From an uncultured Candidatus Rokubacteria bacterium (GTDB lineage: Bacteria > Methylomirabilota > Methylomirabilia > Rokubacteriales > CSP1-6), in NCBI GenBank assembly GCA_963758635.1, contig CAVWWD010000004.1, positions 1 to 64,000 of the forward strand: a stretch of 64,000 nt of DNA, written 5' to 3'. The notes beneath the pieces are model-generated. The model did not search any database. It was not told where the DNA came from and was given only the letters and a program-made list of their open reading frames with translations. The position numbers and the translations under genes are program-made. Shown in pieces: positions 11,208 to 22,793 of the stretch (its first letter is position 1; every line of letters begins with the position of its first letter).

Positions 11208-11797
11208 GGCGCGCGCCTCCGCGTGGCCTTGGCCACGAGCCCCACCGCCATGCCCCCCAGCGCGTTGCTCGCCGACGTGAACTCCAGCCCGTCGTCGCGG
11301 GCCGCGATGACCAGCCGTTCCTTCACTGTCTGTCCGTTCTGACGGCGCTCGCCGAGCAGCACGAGGGCACCGGCGCGGTCGATCCGGCCGGCAAACCGGA
11401 TCGCGCCGGCGGCGACGCTGTCGATCCACACCGCGGAATAGCGCTGCTCGTGCGGCTCCCAGCTGACGGTGAGGCGTGCCTCGATCGGCGCCGGGCCGGA
11501 TCCATGCTGGAGGACGGCCTCGAGGTGGGAGCCGCCGAGGATCTGCCGGACCGTCATGTGGAACGCCGACGCGGACCCGGAGCGGTGCGGCGTGGCGCGC
11601 ACCTCCGCGGTGCCCGTCCAGTCTCCGACCAGCGGGTCGAGCCGGGCCATCGCCGCGGCCGGGGTCTCCCGCGCCGCTGCCCGGGGCGCCTCCGGCTCCA
11701 CGGCATCGCCGGCCGGCACGCCCACGGCGGCGGCAACCACGACGGCGGCGACCCGGATGGCGGTCAGCGCGGCTGCGGTACGGACACCGGATGACAT
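11204..11797 (-). CDS. Exported DUF1579-like beta-barrel protein
   Basis: Hydrophobic signal-like N-terminus; LDPLVGDWTG and YSAVWIDS motifs. Confidence 0.6.
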   Translation of the reverse strand: MSSGVRTAAALTAIRVAAVVVAAAVGVPAGDAVEPEAPRAAARETPAAAMARLDPLVGDWTGTAEVRATPHRSGSASAFHMTVRQILGGSHLEAVLQHGSGPAPIEARLTVSWEPHEQRYSAVWIDSVAAGAIRFAGRIDRAGALVLLGERRQNGQTVKERLVIAARDDGLEFTSASNALGGMAVGLVAKATRRRAP

Positions 11798-11951
11798 CGC
11801 CCCGCCCTACACGGAGAACGGCCGCTCGCCGAAGAGGTCGATCGTGTTGAGCGTCTCGGCGCCGGGGAACGAGCGCGCCACGCGGAAGCGATTGACCCGG
11901 CGCGGGATGTCGGCCGCGAGGTCCGAATCGTCCGGGGCCGCGGCCGCGGTC

Positions 11952-12587
11952 TCAGCAGCCGTGCTTGGCGACGAGTCGCTCACGCGTGGCGGCGTCCGGC
12001 TCGCCGCTCTGGGACAGGCTGTTGGTTTCCTGGAAGGCGAGCAGCGCGCTCTTCGAGATCGGGCCGATCCGGCCGTCGATCGCGCCGCAGTAGTAGCCGA
12101 TGTTGTGCAGGCGGGCCTGGGCGCCCGTCGCCTCGCGCACGGGGTCGAGGCAGCCGATCTCGAGGTCGAGCCGCAGGTCGTCCTTTCCGAGGAAGAGGAC
12201 GCCGGCGGTGGCCTGGCCCGGGATCGGCTCGTCGAGCTTCCCGTCGCCGTCGGTCTTCCCCTGCTTCACGGTGCCTTCGACCTCGAGACGGTACTTCTCG
12301 TTCTTGACCGGCTTGCCCGCGGCGAGGATGCGGAGCCGGAGCCGGATCGGGCGTCCGAGCAGTACGAACCGGTGCCGCTGGTCCGTGGGTCGCGGCTCCT
12401 CGCGCGAGTCGCGCTCGGGCACGTGCAGGATGTCGCCGGGGAAGAGGAGGTTCGGGGTACGCTCGCGCAGCCGGAGCGGCTGGTTCTCCGCGAGGCTCCA
12501 GATGCGCCGCCACGAGACGCCGTAGCGCTCGGCGAGGCTCCCGAGGCACTCGCCCTGCTGCACGACGTGACGGATCAGGGCCGCCAT
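11952..12587 (-). CDS. LysM plus C-terminal peptidoglycan-binding (PG_binding_1) protein
   Basis: HVVQQGECLGSLAERYG...PNLLFPGDILHVP (LysM); QARLHNIGY..GAIDGRIGP.S.SALLAFQ....L...G.PD..T (PGBD). Confidence 0.85.
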   Translation of the reverse strand: MAALIRHVVQQGECLGSLAERYGVSWRRIWSLAENQPLRLRERTPNLLFPGDILHVPERDSREEPRPTDQRHRFVLLGRPIRLRLRILAAGKPVKNEKYRLEVEGTVKQGKTDGDGKLDEPIPGQATAGVLFLGKDDLRLDLEIGCLDPVREATGAQARLHNIGYYCGAIDGRIGPISKSALLAFQETNSLSQSGEPDAATRERLVAKHGC

Positions 12588-12735
12588 GACGGGGCCAGAT
12601 TGAAACACCAGGTCCGAGGGTGTCAAGGCGACGGGCCCCGAGCGCCGCGCGTCTTGCGTCTCGCACTCTCCGCCGCGCGAGATGCGCCTGCCAGCGGCCA
12701 GCTGGCGAGATCTGCCCGACCGCCAGTGTCCAGAA

Positions 12736-13326
12736 ATGGATACACTGGCGGTCGTGACGCCGGGACGGTTTCGCTTCGGCAGGATCTCGGTCGCAGCCTT
12801 CGTGGTGGCGCTGGCGCTGCTGTGCGTCGATGGAGCGAGCGCCCAGGACCTCCGAGGCAAGGTCGTCCGGGTGGCTGACGGCGATACCATCACCGTCTTG
12901 CTGGATCGCCATCCCATGCCTGTCCGACTGAACGGGATCGATGCGCCTGAGCAGGGCCAAGCCTTCGGAAGGAAGGCGCGAGAGTTCACTGCGAAGCTGG
13001 CCTTGCACAACGAGGTGACGATCCGTGGGTTTGGCCAAGATCGGTTTCGTCGGACCCTGGGAGAGGTCTATTTGCCCGACGGTAGGAGCCTGAATCACGA
13101 ACTGGTCCGTGCAGGCTATGCGTGGTGGTTCCGGCGCTACTCGAAGGATGGCATCCTGGCCGAGCTGGAATCTCAGGCGCGGGCGAAGCGGGTCGGACTA
13201 TGGGCGGATTCGCACCCGGTGCCGCCATGGGAGTGGAGGCAGCTCCATCAGGCCCGGGGCAGAGCGGCTTCTGCGGGCGGGCTCGAGCCAAGCCGGGGCA
13301 CCCTCGTCGCCGTGGGAGCTCTCTAG
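12736..13326 (+). CDS. Thermonuclease (SNase) family protein with signal peptide
   Basis: VVRVADGDTI, VRLNGIDAPE, DRFRRTLGEV, LNHELVRAGYAW, GLWAD..PVPPWEWR. Confidence 0.9.
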   Translation: MDTLAVVTPGRFRFGRISVAAFVVALALLCVDGASAQDLRGKVVRVADGDTITVLLDRHPMPVRLNGIDAPEQGQAFGRKAREFTAKLALHNEVTIRGFGQDRFRRTLGEVYLPDGRSLNHELVRAGYAWWFRRYSKDGILAELESQARAKRVGLWADSHPVPPWEWRQLHQARGRAASAGGLEPSRGTLVAVGAL

Positions 13327-13380
13327 CCAGGGCTGTTCAAGCGTCGACTCGCGCACGGCCTCGGCAGCAGCCTCCTTGCC

Positions 13381-13560
13381 TCACCTGGTGGCGCGCTCCC
13401 AGACCTTGTGGGTATAGGCCCCCGGGTCGGCCGGCTTCCGGATGACGCCGAAGGCGAGGGCGATCTTCGCCGTGCGGGCAAAGGCCGCGGGGTCCATCCG
13501 GCCCAACCGCGCCTTCGGCGCCGGCGGGCCCCAGATCAGCTTGTTGATGCCGCGTTCCTG
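13381..13560 (-). pseudogene. C-terminal fragment of an ABC substrate-binding protein (NMT1/THI5-like)
   Basis: INKLIWGPP...GRMDPAAFARTAKIALAFGVIRKPADPGAYTH.VW with no matching N-terminus. Confidence 0.45.
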
Positions 13561-13644
13561 GGGCCCGCCGTTCCGACTCCGAGTGCGGTTATCAAGCCGA
13601 TCGCGAGCTGCCGGACCCATCGTGAGCGCATCGCTCTCCTCGGC

Positions 13645-13784
13645 TCAGCCGCGCGCGGGCAGCTCGACCACGCCCCCGCCCACCACTGACAGCTCTCCGT
13701 CCTGGTTGCGCGCCTCTTGCTCGACCTCGACGAGGCGCCGGGCCCCTTCCGCCACTTGCGGGTGACGGTGCCGTCGATCCGGAG
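13645..13784 (-). pseudogene. Duplicated 3' end of the MaoC-like dehydratase gene
   Basis: LRIDGTVTRKW...RRLVEVEQEARNQDGELSVVGGGVVELPARG*, nearly the same peptide as 20011-20135. Confidence 0.8.
13661..13784. repeat. Left copy of ~125-bp diverged direct repeat
   Basis: Hand alignment with 20011-20135 gives roughly 80% identity, many differences synonymous. Confidence 0.85.
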
Positions 13785-13796
13785 GGCGCCCCGCGA

Positions 13797-14100
13797 TCAC
13801 GCCGTGAGGTCCGTCACCGCGCGCGCCGCTTCGGCGGTGCGTCTGGCCGCTAGCAGCGCGAGGACGAGTAGACGCCGGCCGCGCGGCGTGGCGTGCAGCC
13901 GAACCGCAGCGGCCGCCAGCTCGCACGCCTCCTGGTCCCGGCGGGCGGCGAGGGCGGCGCGCGCCGCCCGCCGCAGCTCCCAGGCGCGGGCGGCCACGCG
14001 CATGACCGGCCCCAGGTCCGTTCCACAGCGTGTACACGCCGTCGCGTCCCGCCAGGGCGCACGGCAGGTTGGGCAGCGCGGGGTGCTCGGTTAAAAGTGG

Positions 14101-14104
<4 letters not shown>
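13797..14104 (-). CDS. Small zinc-ribbon plus helical protein (frameshift in the T run near the start)
   Basis: ATGA overlap with the Hsp70 stop; RCPTCRAPW...CTRCGTDL (two CxxC pairs), then Ala-rich helices. Confidence 0.65.
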
Positions 14105-15982
<1,878 letters not shown>

Positions 15983-15990
<8 letters not shown>

Positions 15991-16749
15991 CGGAGTCTCC
16001 TGCGGCCGGCGGTGGTCCGCCGGCCGCCTTGACCTCGGCGAAACGGAGCACGCGACCATCGACGGTGTAGCCCGCGCGGAACACCTCGAGCACCGTCCCC
16101 GGGGGCGACGCGGCGCGTCCGCGACCTCGACGGCGCGCATCACCGGGGGTCGAAGGGCTTGCCTTGGGCGGGGATCTCGTGCACGTCGAGCCGCCGCAGG
16201 GTGTCGTCGAGCCGGTCGAGCGCCAGGGCGTTGCCGTCGACGAGCGCCTGCAGCACGGGGCGCTGGGCGAGGCGGGCGCGGAGCCGCGAAGGTTGTCGAG
16301 CCGGCCCGGGCCTCCGCCAGCCCGCGCGCGAGGCGATCGCGCGCCTCCAGCAGCTCGGCCACCAGCTCCAGCCGGGCCTCGCGCCGGGCCTCGGTGAGCC
16401 TCTTCGCGACGGTGTCCTGGCTGCGGGCGTGCTCCAGGCAGGCGGTTCAGCGCGTCGCCCAGCTCGGCGTGCAGGCGGTTGGTGGCCCGACCCTGGAGCT
16501 GCGTCTCGCGGGTCAGCGCGGCGAGCTGGGCGAGCACGGAGAAGAGGTCGGGGGCGCGGTCGGTGGCCGACGCCGCCTCGGCGGCGAGTCCCGCGGCGGC
16601 GGCTCGGGCTCGGCCAGCTCGTCGAGCCACGCCTCGATCGATGCCAGGAGCGCGCGGCGGCGCTCCGGATCGCGCAGCGCCTCGCCCGGCTCGGCCGCCG
16701 GCCGCACGGCCTCCGCGTCCGTCGACGGCCTGTCCATCGGCTCGCTCAC
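15983..16749 (-). CDS. grpE: GrpE-like nucleotide exchange factor (frameshifted)
   Basis: Helical N-terminus; C-terminal FDP..MRAVEV and PPGTVLEVFRAGYTVDGRVLRFAEVK. Confidence 0.75.
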
Positions 16750-17036
16750 GGCCGGTCACCGCGCAGAACGTTGAGCCAGGGCCCGGGGCCGACGAACCGG
16801 CGCTCGTCGGGCACCTCGTCGACGAGCGACTCCAGATGCTCGAGCGGGGCCGGGCCGAACAGCCGCAGCGCCAGGCGGCGCTCCTCGTCGCGCACGGCGT
16901 CGTAGGCCTCGCGGACGCGGCGGAATCCCTCCGGATCACGATCGGGGGGCGCGCGCCGGACCGCCGCCAGATACGCGGCGCGCACCGCCTCGTCGTCGGC
17001 CCTCGCGTCGATCCCGAGTACCTCGAAGGGGTTCAC
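16746..17036 (-). CDS. Small J-domain protein with non-canonical PPD motif
   Basis: NPFEVLGI...ADDEAVRAAY...VRRAPPDRDPEGFRRVREAYDAVRDEERR; GTGA overlaps at both ends. Confidence 0.8.
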   Translation of the reverse strand: MNPFEVLGIDARADDEAVRAAYLAAVRRAPPDRDPEGFRRVREAYDAVRDEERRLALRLFGPAPLEHLESLVDEVPDERRFVGPGPWLNVLRGDRP

Positions 17037-19480
17037 AGGCGTTCTTCTCCAGGGAAGGCGAGGAAGTCGTCGAACAGGTCTCGCTGCTTCCGCCGCGGGG
17101 CCCGCCGCCGCTTGCCGCGCGGTGCCTTGTCGGCGGCGAACACCGGGACCTCTCGGTGCGCACGCTCGGCGCGGAGGCACCGGGCAATCTCCTCCGGCGT
17201 GGTGGCTCCGGCGTCGGCGGCGAGCCTGCGCGGGACCCACGGAGCCGGCTCGGGCGAGAGCGCGAGGGCATCGAGCGCGGACGAGGCCTCGCGGACGGCG
17301 TCCATGTCGCGGGCGCGGCCGGCCACCTCGCGCGCGGCGCGCAGGCAGGGCCACGCGCGGTCGCGATCGCGACGCGACGCGGCGGCCGCGAGTGCGTGGC
17401 CCCGCGCGAGGAGGAAGCGGTGGAGCAACGGCCCGCCGACGGCGAGCCCCTGGCCGGAGGCGGCGTAGGTCAATGCCGGGCGGCCCATCGCGAGCCCGCC
17501 GAGGCACAGCGAGTGAAGATCGGCCGCCGATGTGCCGTCGAGATCGTGCTCCACCCGGGCCAGCAGGTCGGGGGGCGCCACGAGGGGGCGATCCAGCGCG
17601 CGGAACAGGTCGCACGCGCGAGCCAGGGCCTGGGCCGTCTCGGCCGGCGAGGCCTGTGTCCGGCGCGTCGGGGGGCTCGAGGCCGAACGTCTCGCCCACC
17701 GATGACAGGATCAGCCACAGCATGGTCGGGTTGCCGAGGCGCGAGGCCAGCTCCTCGTGCAGCCGCACGGCGCCCGGCCCATCGCCGTTCCTGCGCATCG
17801 CCACCGACCGGACCGCGCCGAGGTAGGCGAACGTGTCGCCAGCGGCCGTGACGGGCTCCTTGTCCAGGCGGTCCAAGTCCGCCAGGGAGAGGGCGAAGCG
17901 GCCTTCCTTGATCCTCCGCTCCGCGCCGGCGAGGAGCAGGCGAAAGCGACTCTGCCGCACGTCGGGATGCACCCGGTTGATCGCCTCGGCCTCGTCGAGC
18001 CGCTCGATCGCCTTTCGGTGGGCGCCGCGCCGCTCGGCGGCGCGCACCAGGTACAGCAACGGCTCCGGGTCGCGCGGATGCGCCTGGCGCCACCCCTCGG
18101 CCTCGGTCTCGGCCCGCCGCGGATCGCTCGCCTCCCAGTGGGCGACGAGCGCGCGGAACACGCGCGGATCGGGATCGGCCTGCCGCGCGCGGGCCAGGAG
18201 ACGGCCGCGGTCGGCGCACTCGGGAAGCTCGCCGTCCCGGATCAGGACGTCGCGCTCCTCCTCGGACTGAACGTCGAACGCATCGAGCGCCTCGTCGCGA
18301 TCGGCGGGGAACAGCTCGGCCATGTGCAGCAGCACATGCGACGCCTCGCGCCCGGTCAGCGGTGTGGCCCCGGCGCGGTTGGCGCCGGCGAGGTAGCCGT
18401 CCCAGAAGATGAGCGCCTGGTCCCACGCCCCGATGCGCTCGAGCGCCAGCGCGATCAGCCGCGCGGTGTCCCGCTGCCACTGGATGTCCCGCCGGTCCCG
18501 CTGCAAGGCCGCGACCAGGGGCCGCGGACTCAGGTTCCGATGCGCCACTCTTTCAGAACCGTGGCCGCGAAGATCTGCTTGACGGACGCGGACTCGCAAA
18601 GGGGCAAGATCCGCTCGACGGCGGCCACGGCTGTCGACGCATCCTTCTCTTCGAGCGCGTGGACCAGCTGCTCCAGGTGGTTGCGGAGCGCCGGCCGTCC
18701 GCCGCCGACGGCCTTGGCGAGGGCCCCGGCGGCGGGCGATCGCCGGTCGAGCGGCGCCGGCGCGCCCACCAGGTGGTGCAGGACGGGCACGAGTCGGGCC
18801 GGCGCCGAGTCGGGCGGGATCGCGTCGAGATTGGCGCGCACCGCGCCGTCCGCGCGCCGGTAGTAGGCGTCGAGGGCACGGATCAGGAGCTTCCAGGGCG
18901 CCAGCGGCGAATGACGGGAGATCCCGTCGAGGGCGGCGAGCGCGCCCGGGGCCAGCGGACCGCTCGTCACCGCGTCGAACAGCCCGCTCACCGCCTTCGC
19001 GGCGCACCGCAAGAGATCGCCGGCCGGCAGGGCCTCCTCGTCCGCCAGCTGGCGCGGGTCTCTCAGCTCCCGCGCCAGGATCGCCTCGATCTCGTGCCGT
19101 CGCAGTGGGGTGGCCGAGGCCAGCTCTACCAGCAGCGACCGTAGATCTCCGCTGGCGATCGCCTTGCGCTGCTTCACGAGCGGCACGATGCGTTGGCGGT
19201 GGGCCGGGAACCGCTCTCCGACCAGCATGGCCAGCGCGTCGGCTTCGTCGTACAGGCCCGTCGAGAGCATCGCGCCGATCCGGGCCTCGTAGGCGGCGAG
19301 GATGAGCGCCTCCGCGTCGGCGCTCCGCGTCTCCTTGAAGAGCTGCTTGGCGAGATCGAGCGCCTCGCGCGCCTTGCCGGCCGCGATCAACGACGACTCG
19401 ATCCGGACCCGTGACGCCTCGGGGTCCGTCGAGGGCTGCACCGGGCGGCGATCGGCGGCGCGCTTGTCCCGCATGCTCAT
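17033..19480 (-). CDS. Large alpha-helical/TPR-like protein (~810 aa, frameshifts near 18530 and 17655)
   Basis: Continuous helical coding across three frames (LIAAGKAREALDLAK, SPLAPWKLLIRAL, DPEPLLYL..AAERRGA..KA); first gene of the coupled operon. Confidence 0.65.
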
Positions 19481-19669
19481 TCAGGTTCCACGCTCACGCG
19501 GAGCGACCAGCCCGGAGATCCGGGATCGGCCGGCCGACGAGCTACCGGATTATGGAGGCGAGAGGGTCAGCCTGTCCACCGGGTTTGTGGGATTTCATCG
19601 AATCCGCGAGCCCTGCCCAGCTGCGGGATCGCGCGTCGGAGCGGGAGCGACTCGGGTCCACGTGTCCCC

Positions 19670-19816
19670 ATCGCCTCTGTGAAGAACGGGCAACTGCTGG
19701 TCCGACGCGCCCGGGTGCCCACACATTCGTTGCGTCTGCTCCTGCGAAGCGTGACTCGCCGCAACCTTCACGGAGAGGTCTCGATGGGGCGAGCGGTCGG
19801 TCGCGAGGTTTGGTGA
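19670..19816 (+). pseudogene. mazE: MazE antitoxin C-terminal remnant
   Basis: SVKNGQLLVRR...LLRSVTRRNLHGEVSMGRAVGREVW*; TGATG overlap with mazF; no start codon. Confidence 0.7.
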
Positions 19817-19935
19817 TGGCAACGTATGTCCCGCGGTGCGGCGATGTGGTCTGGCTTCAATTCGATCCGCAGGCCGGCCACGAGCAGGCAGGGCGTCGGC
19901 CGGCTCTGGTGATCTCTCCGAGCGCCTACAACTGA
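19816..19935 (+). pseudogene. mazF: Truncated MazF/PemK toxin
   Basis: MATYVPRCGDVVWLQFDPQAGHEQAGRRPALVISPSAYN* is the MazF N-terminus, stopping after 39 aa. Confidence 0.85.
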
Positions 19936-21138
19936 CGGGGCGCCCTAACGTCAGGATGGGCGCCCGAGTCAGGCGTGGTCATCCCTAGCGAACTTCCGCG
20001 CGGGAGGGGGAGCTCGATGGTGCCGCTGCCCACCACGGACAGGTCGCCGTCCTGGTTGCGGGCCTCCTGCTCGATCTCGACGAGGCGGCGGCCGTTTTCG
20101 GTCCACTTGCGCGTCACGGTGCCGTCGATGCGGAGCGTGTCGCCCTCGGGGTTGTGGCGGCGGATCTTGCAGCGCGCGCCGCGGAGGAAGCCGTCGTCGC
20201 CCATCCAGTCCGTCAGGTGGTGGGTGAGCCACGAGCAGCGCTCCGGGCCGTAGTCGTACGCGCCGGGCGCGCCGACCATCGTGGCCAGCTCGGGTTCCCA
20301 GTGCACGCGCTCCGGGCAGTCGGGGATGCCGAAGCGGTTCTTGATGCCGAGGCCGGGATGACGCTCGATCTGCTTCCACGCCAGCCGGTTGGCGCGGATG
20401 TAGAGCCCGCCCCAGCCCTGGGCGAAGGCGATGAAGCCGGTCACGGTCATCGGGCCCTTGGCCATGGTCGGCAGGCGCTCGCCCTCGCGCACGTCCTCCC
20501 AGTGGCGCGGGGTGGATCCTCGGATCTCTCTCGGCGGCGTACAGCGCGCGCGTCTCGGCCTGGTCGGCCTCGGTGTACCGGCGGGGCGGCCGCGCCTTGA
20601 CCTCCGTGTACTTCGTGCCCGACTCGCGCGCCTGGTCGCGGTCGGTGCGGAAGCACCAGCTGTCCGCGGCGGCCACGAGGTCGCCGTGCTGGTTGTGGAA
20701 GTCCACGTGGTAGATCTGCTGGATGGCGCGCCCGGCGAACGCCGTCTGGTGCTCGACCAGGTCCTTCAGCCACGCCTCCGTCGAGATCGTGTCGTTCCGG
20801 CGCACGGGCCGGTGCCACGTCCAGTCCGCGCCCGCCCACATGGCGTGGACGCCGGCGAGGCCGCCCACGTAGCCGGAGATGATCCGGCTCGTGGCGAAGA
20901 GAAAGCTCGGCGGCGCCACGATCCCGCCGAAGCGCGTGCCCGCGGCGTAGTCGGGGTCGCACCAGAGCGGGTTGTCGTCGCCGATGCCGTGGGCGTAGTG
21001 GCGGATGCTGTCGCGCGTGGCCTCGTGGCACCACGGCTCCAGCGTGTCGGTGATCCGCACGCCGATGCGCCGGCGCAGGGCCGCGAGGCCCTCGTCGGTG
21101 ATCTTCGGGAACAGCGGCGCGGTGGGCTCGGAGGGCAT
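19926..21138 (-). CDS. Double hot-dog MaoC/FAS1-like dehydratase (frameshift near 20520)
   Basis: IRHYAHGIGDDNPLW, APPSF, HWEPELA...G.PGAYDYGPER, TDWMGDDG. Confidence 0.8.
20011..20135. repeat. Right copy of ~125-bp diverged direct repeat
   Basis: Matches 13661-13784. Confidence 0.85.
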
Positions 21139-21153
21139 TGGGTTCGCTTCCTC

Positions 21154-22716
21154 TCAGGAGGTCCGTGTCAGCGCGCCCGCGGCCTCGGCCTCGCGGAGCG
21201 TCTTCCGGTTGACCTTCCCCGCGGGCGTCTTCGGCAGCTCGGCCACGAACGCGACCTGGCGCGGGTACTCGTGCTGGCTGAGCCGCGTGCGCACCCAGTC
21301 CTGGAGCTCGCGGGCGAACGCCTCGTCGCCGGCGCGCGCACTCACGACGAAGGCCTTCACCACCTGTCCGCGCAGGGGATCGGGCACGCCGATCACCGCC
21401 GCCTCCCGCACGTCGGCGTGCGCCAGCAGCACGTCCTCGATCTCGACCGCGCTCATCGTCCACCCCGCGGAGATGATGACGTCGTCGGCGCGCCCGGCGT
21501 GGAACACGTATCCGTCGGCGTCGGCGTGGCCGCGGTCCCGCGTGCTGATCCACCCGCCGCGGCGCCAGACGCGGATCTCGCCCACGTTGCCGGGCGGGCA
21601 GGGGCGGCCGTCCGGGGCCTGCACCTCCACGCGCACGCCCGGCACGGGCTTGCCCAGCGCGCCCGCGCGCACCGTGTGGTCCGGCGCGCCGGGGTAATCG
21701 GCGAGGATCACGCCCACCTCGGTGGTGCCGTACATGCTGCAGACGGGCGCGCCAAAGGCGTCCTCCACGAAGGCGCGCGTCGCGCTGTCCATGGGCTCGC
21801 CGGTGAAGGAGAGCTTGGCGATGTGCCGCCGCCCCGCCGTGCCCTGGCCGGACACGCGGAGCATGCGGTAGTGCGTGGCCGCCGCCGACAGCGCGGTGAT
21901 CTCGTAGTCGTCGAGGGCGCGCGCGAACCGCAGGGGATCGAAGCGCCCGGCCATGGTGCCCGTGGTCACGCCCATGGCCAGCGGGGCCATGGTGCCGTGC
22001 CAGAGCCCGTGTCCCCACGCCGGGGAGGACGGGCAGAAGAACCGGTCGCCCGGCCTGATCCCGGTGCCGTAGAGCGCGGCCACCATGAGCGTCACGATCG
22101 CACGGTGCGGGTGGCGGACGGCCTCGGGCAGCTCGCGCGTCGTGCCGGACGTGTACTGGAAGACCGCGAGGTCGTCCGCTCCCGTGCGCGCCTCGTAGCG
22201 CGCGGGGTGGTGGGCGAGGGCGCCGAGGAAGGCGTCGTCGGCCAGCACCACGTCGAGGCCGGCGATCGACCGCGCGGTCTCCGCCTTCTCGACGCTCGTG
22301 ACGAGCAGGCGCGGCGCGCAGTCCTCCACGCGGAGGCGGAGCCCCTCGGGGCCGAACAGCGTGAACAGCGGCACCGCGATGGCGCCGCGCTTGATCGCGC
22401 CGAAGAGCCCGGCGTAGAAGGGGAGCCCCGGCTCGAGCATGATCGCCACCCGGTCGCCCGGGCCCACTCCTCGCGCGGCCAGCCAGTGGGCGAAGCGCGC
22501 GGACCATTCCGACAGCTCCTGGAAGGTCAGCGTCTCGTCGCGCCCGTCGGCGTGGGCCACGCGGACCGCGGCGTGGCCGCTCGCCGCGTGCCGGTCCACG
22601 CACTCGTGCGCGATGTTGAGCGCCCCGCGGTCGCCGTCGAAGAGCGCCCAGAGCGCGGCAGGGGTGCAGTTGTGCTGGGCGTCGGCGTAGGTGGTCAGGT
22701 CGGTCAGCCTGGGCAT
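21154..22716 (-). CDS. Acyl-CoA synthetase (AMP-binding)
   Basis: YTSGTT, YGTTE, TRDRG, GRADDVI, LPKTPAGKV. Confidence 0.9.
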   Translation of the reverse strand: MPRLTDLTTYADAQHNCTPAALWALFDGDRGALNIAHECVDRHAASGHAAVRVAHADGRDETLTFQELSEWSARFAHWLAARGVGPGDRVAIMLEPGLPFYAGLFGAIKRGAIAVPLFTLFGPEGLRLRVEDCAPRLLVTSVEKAETARSIAGLDVVLADDAFLGALAHHPARYEARTGADDLAVFQYTSGTTRELPEAVRHPHRAIVTLMVAALYGTGIRPGDRFFCPSSPAWGHGLWHGTMAPLAMGVTTGTMAGRFDPLRFARALDDYEITALSAAATHYRMLRVSGQGTAGRRHIAKLSFTGEPMDSATRAFVEDAFGAPVCSMYGTTEVGVILADYPGAPDHTVRAGALGKPVPGVRVEVQAPDGRPCPPGNVGEIRVWRRGGWISTRDRGHADADGYVFHAGRADDVIISAGWTMSAVEIEDVLLAHADVREAAVIGVPDPLRGQVVKAFVVSARAGDEAFARELQDWVRTRLSQHEYPRQVAFVAELPKTPAGKVNRKTLREAEAAGALTRTS

Positions 22717-22793
22717 GGGATATCTGGGCGCCATCCAACCCCGAAAATCAGGAGTTGTCAATACGGCGCGCCCATTGTATACAGGCAATACCT

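Noticed and set aside
19933..19935. TGA ending mazF (and TGA at 23687) as possible selenocysteine codons
   Set aside because: Not at Cys positions, and homology does not continue past the stop
22750..22792. IclR operator or promoter (TGTATACA palindrome; minus-strand TTGACA)
   Set aside because: Plausible, but the palindrome is short and no matching -10 box was found, so it is not called
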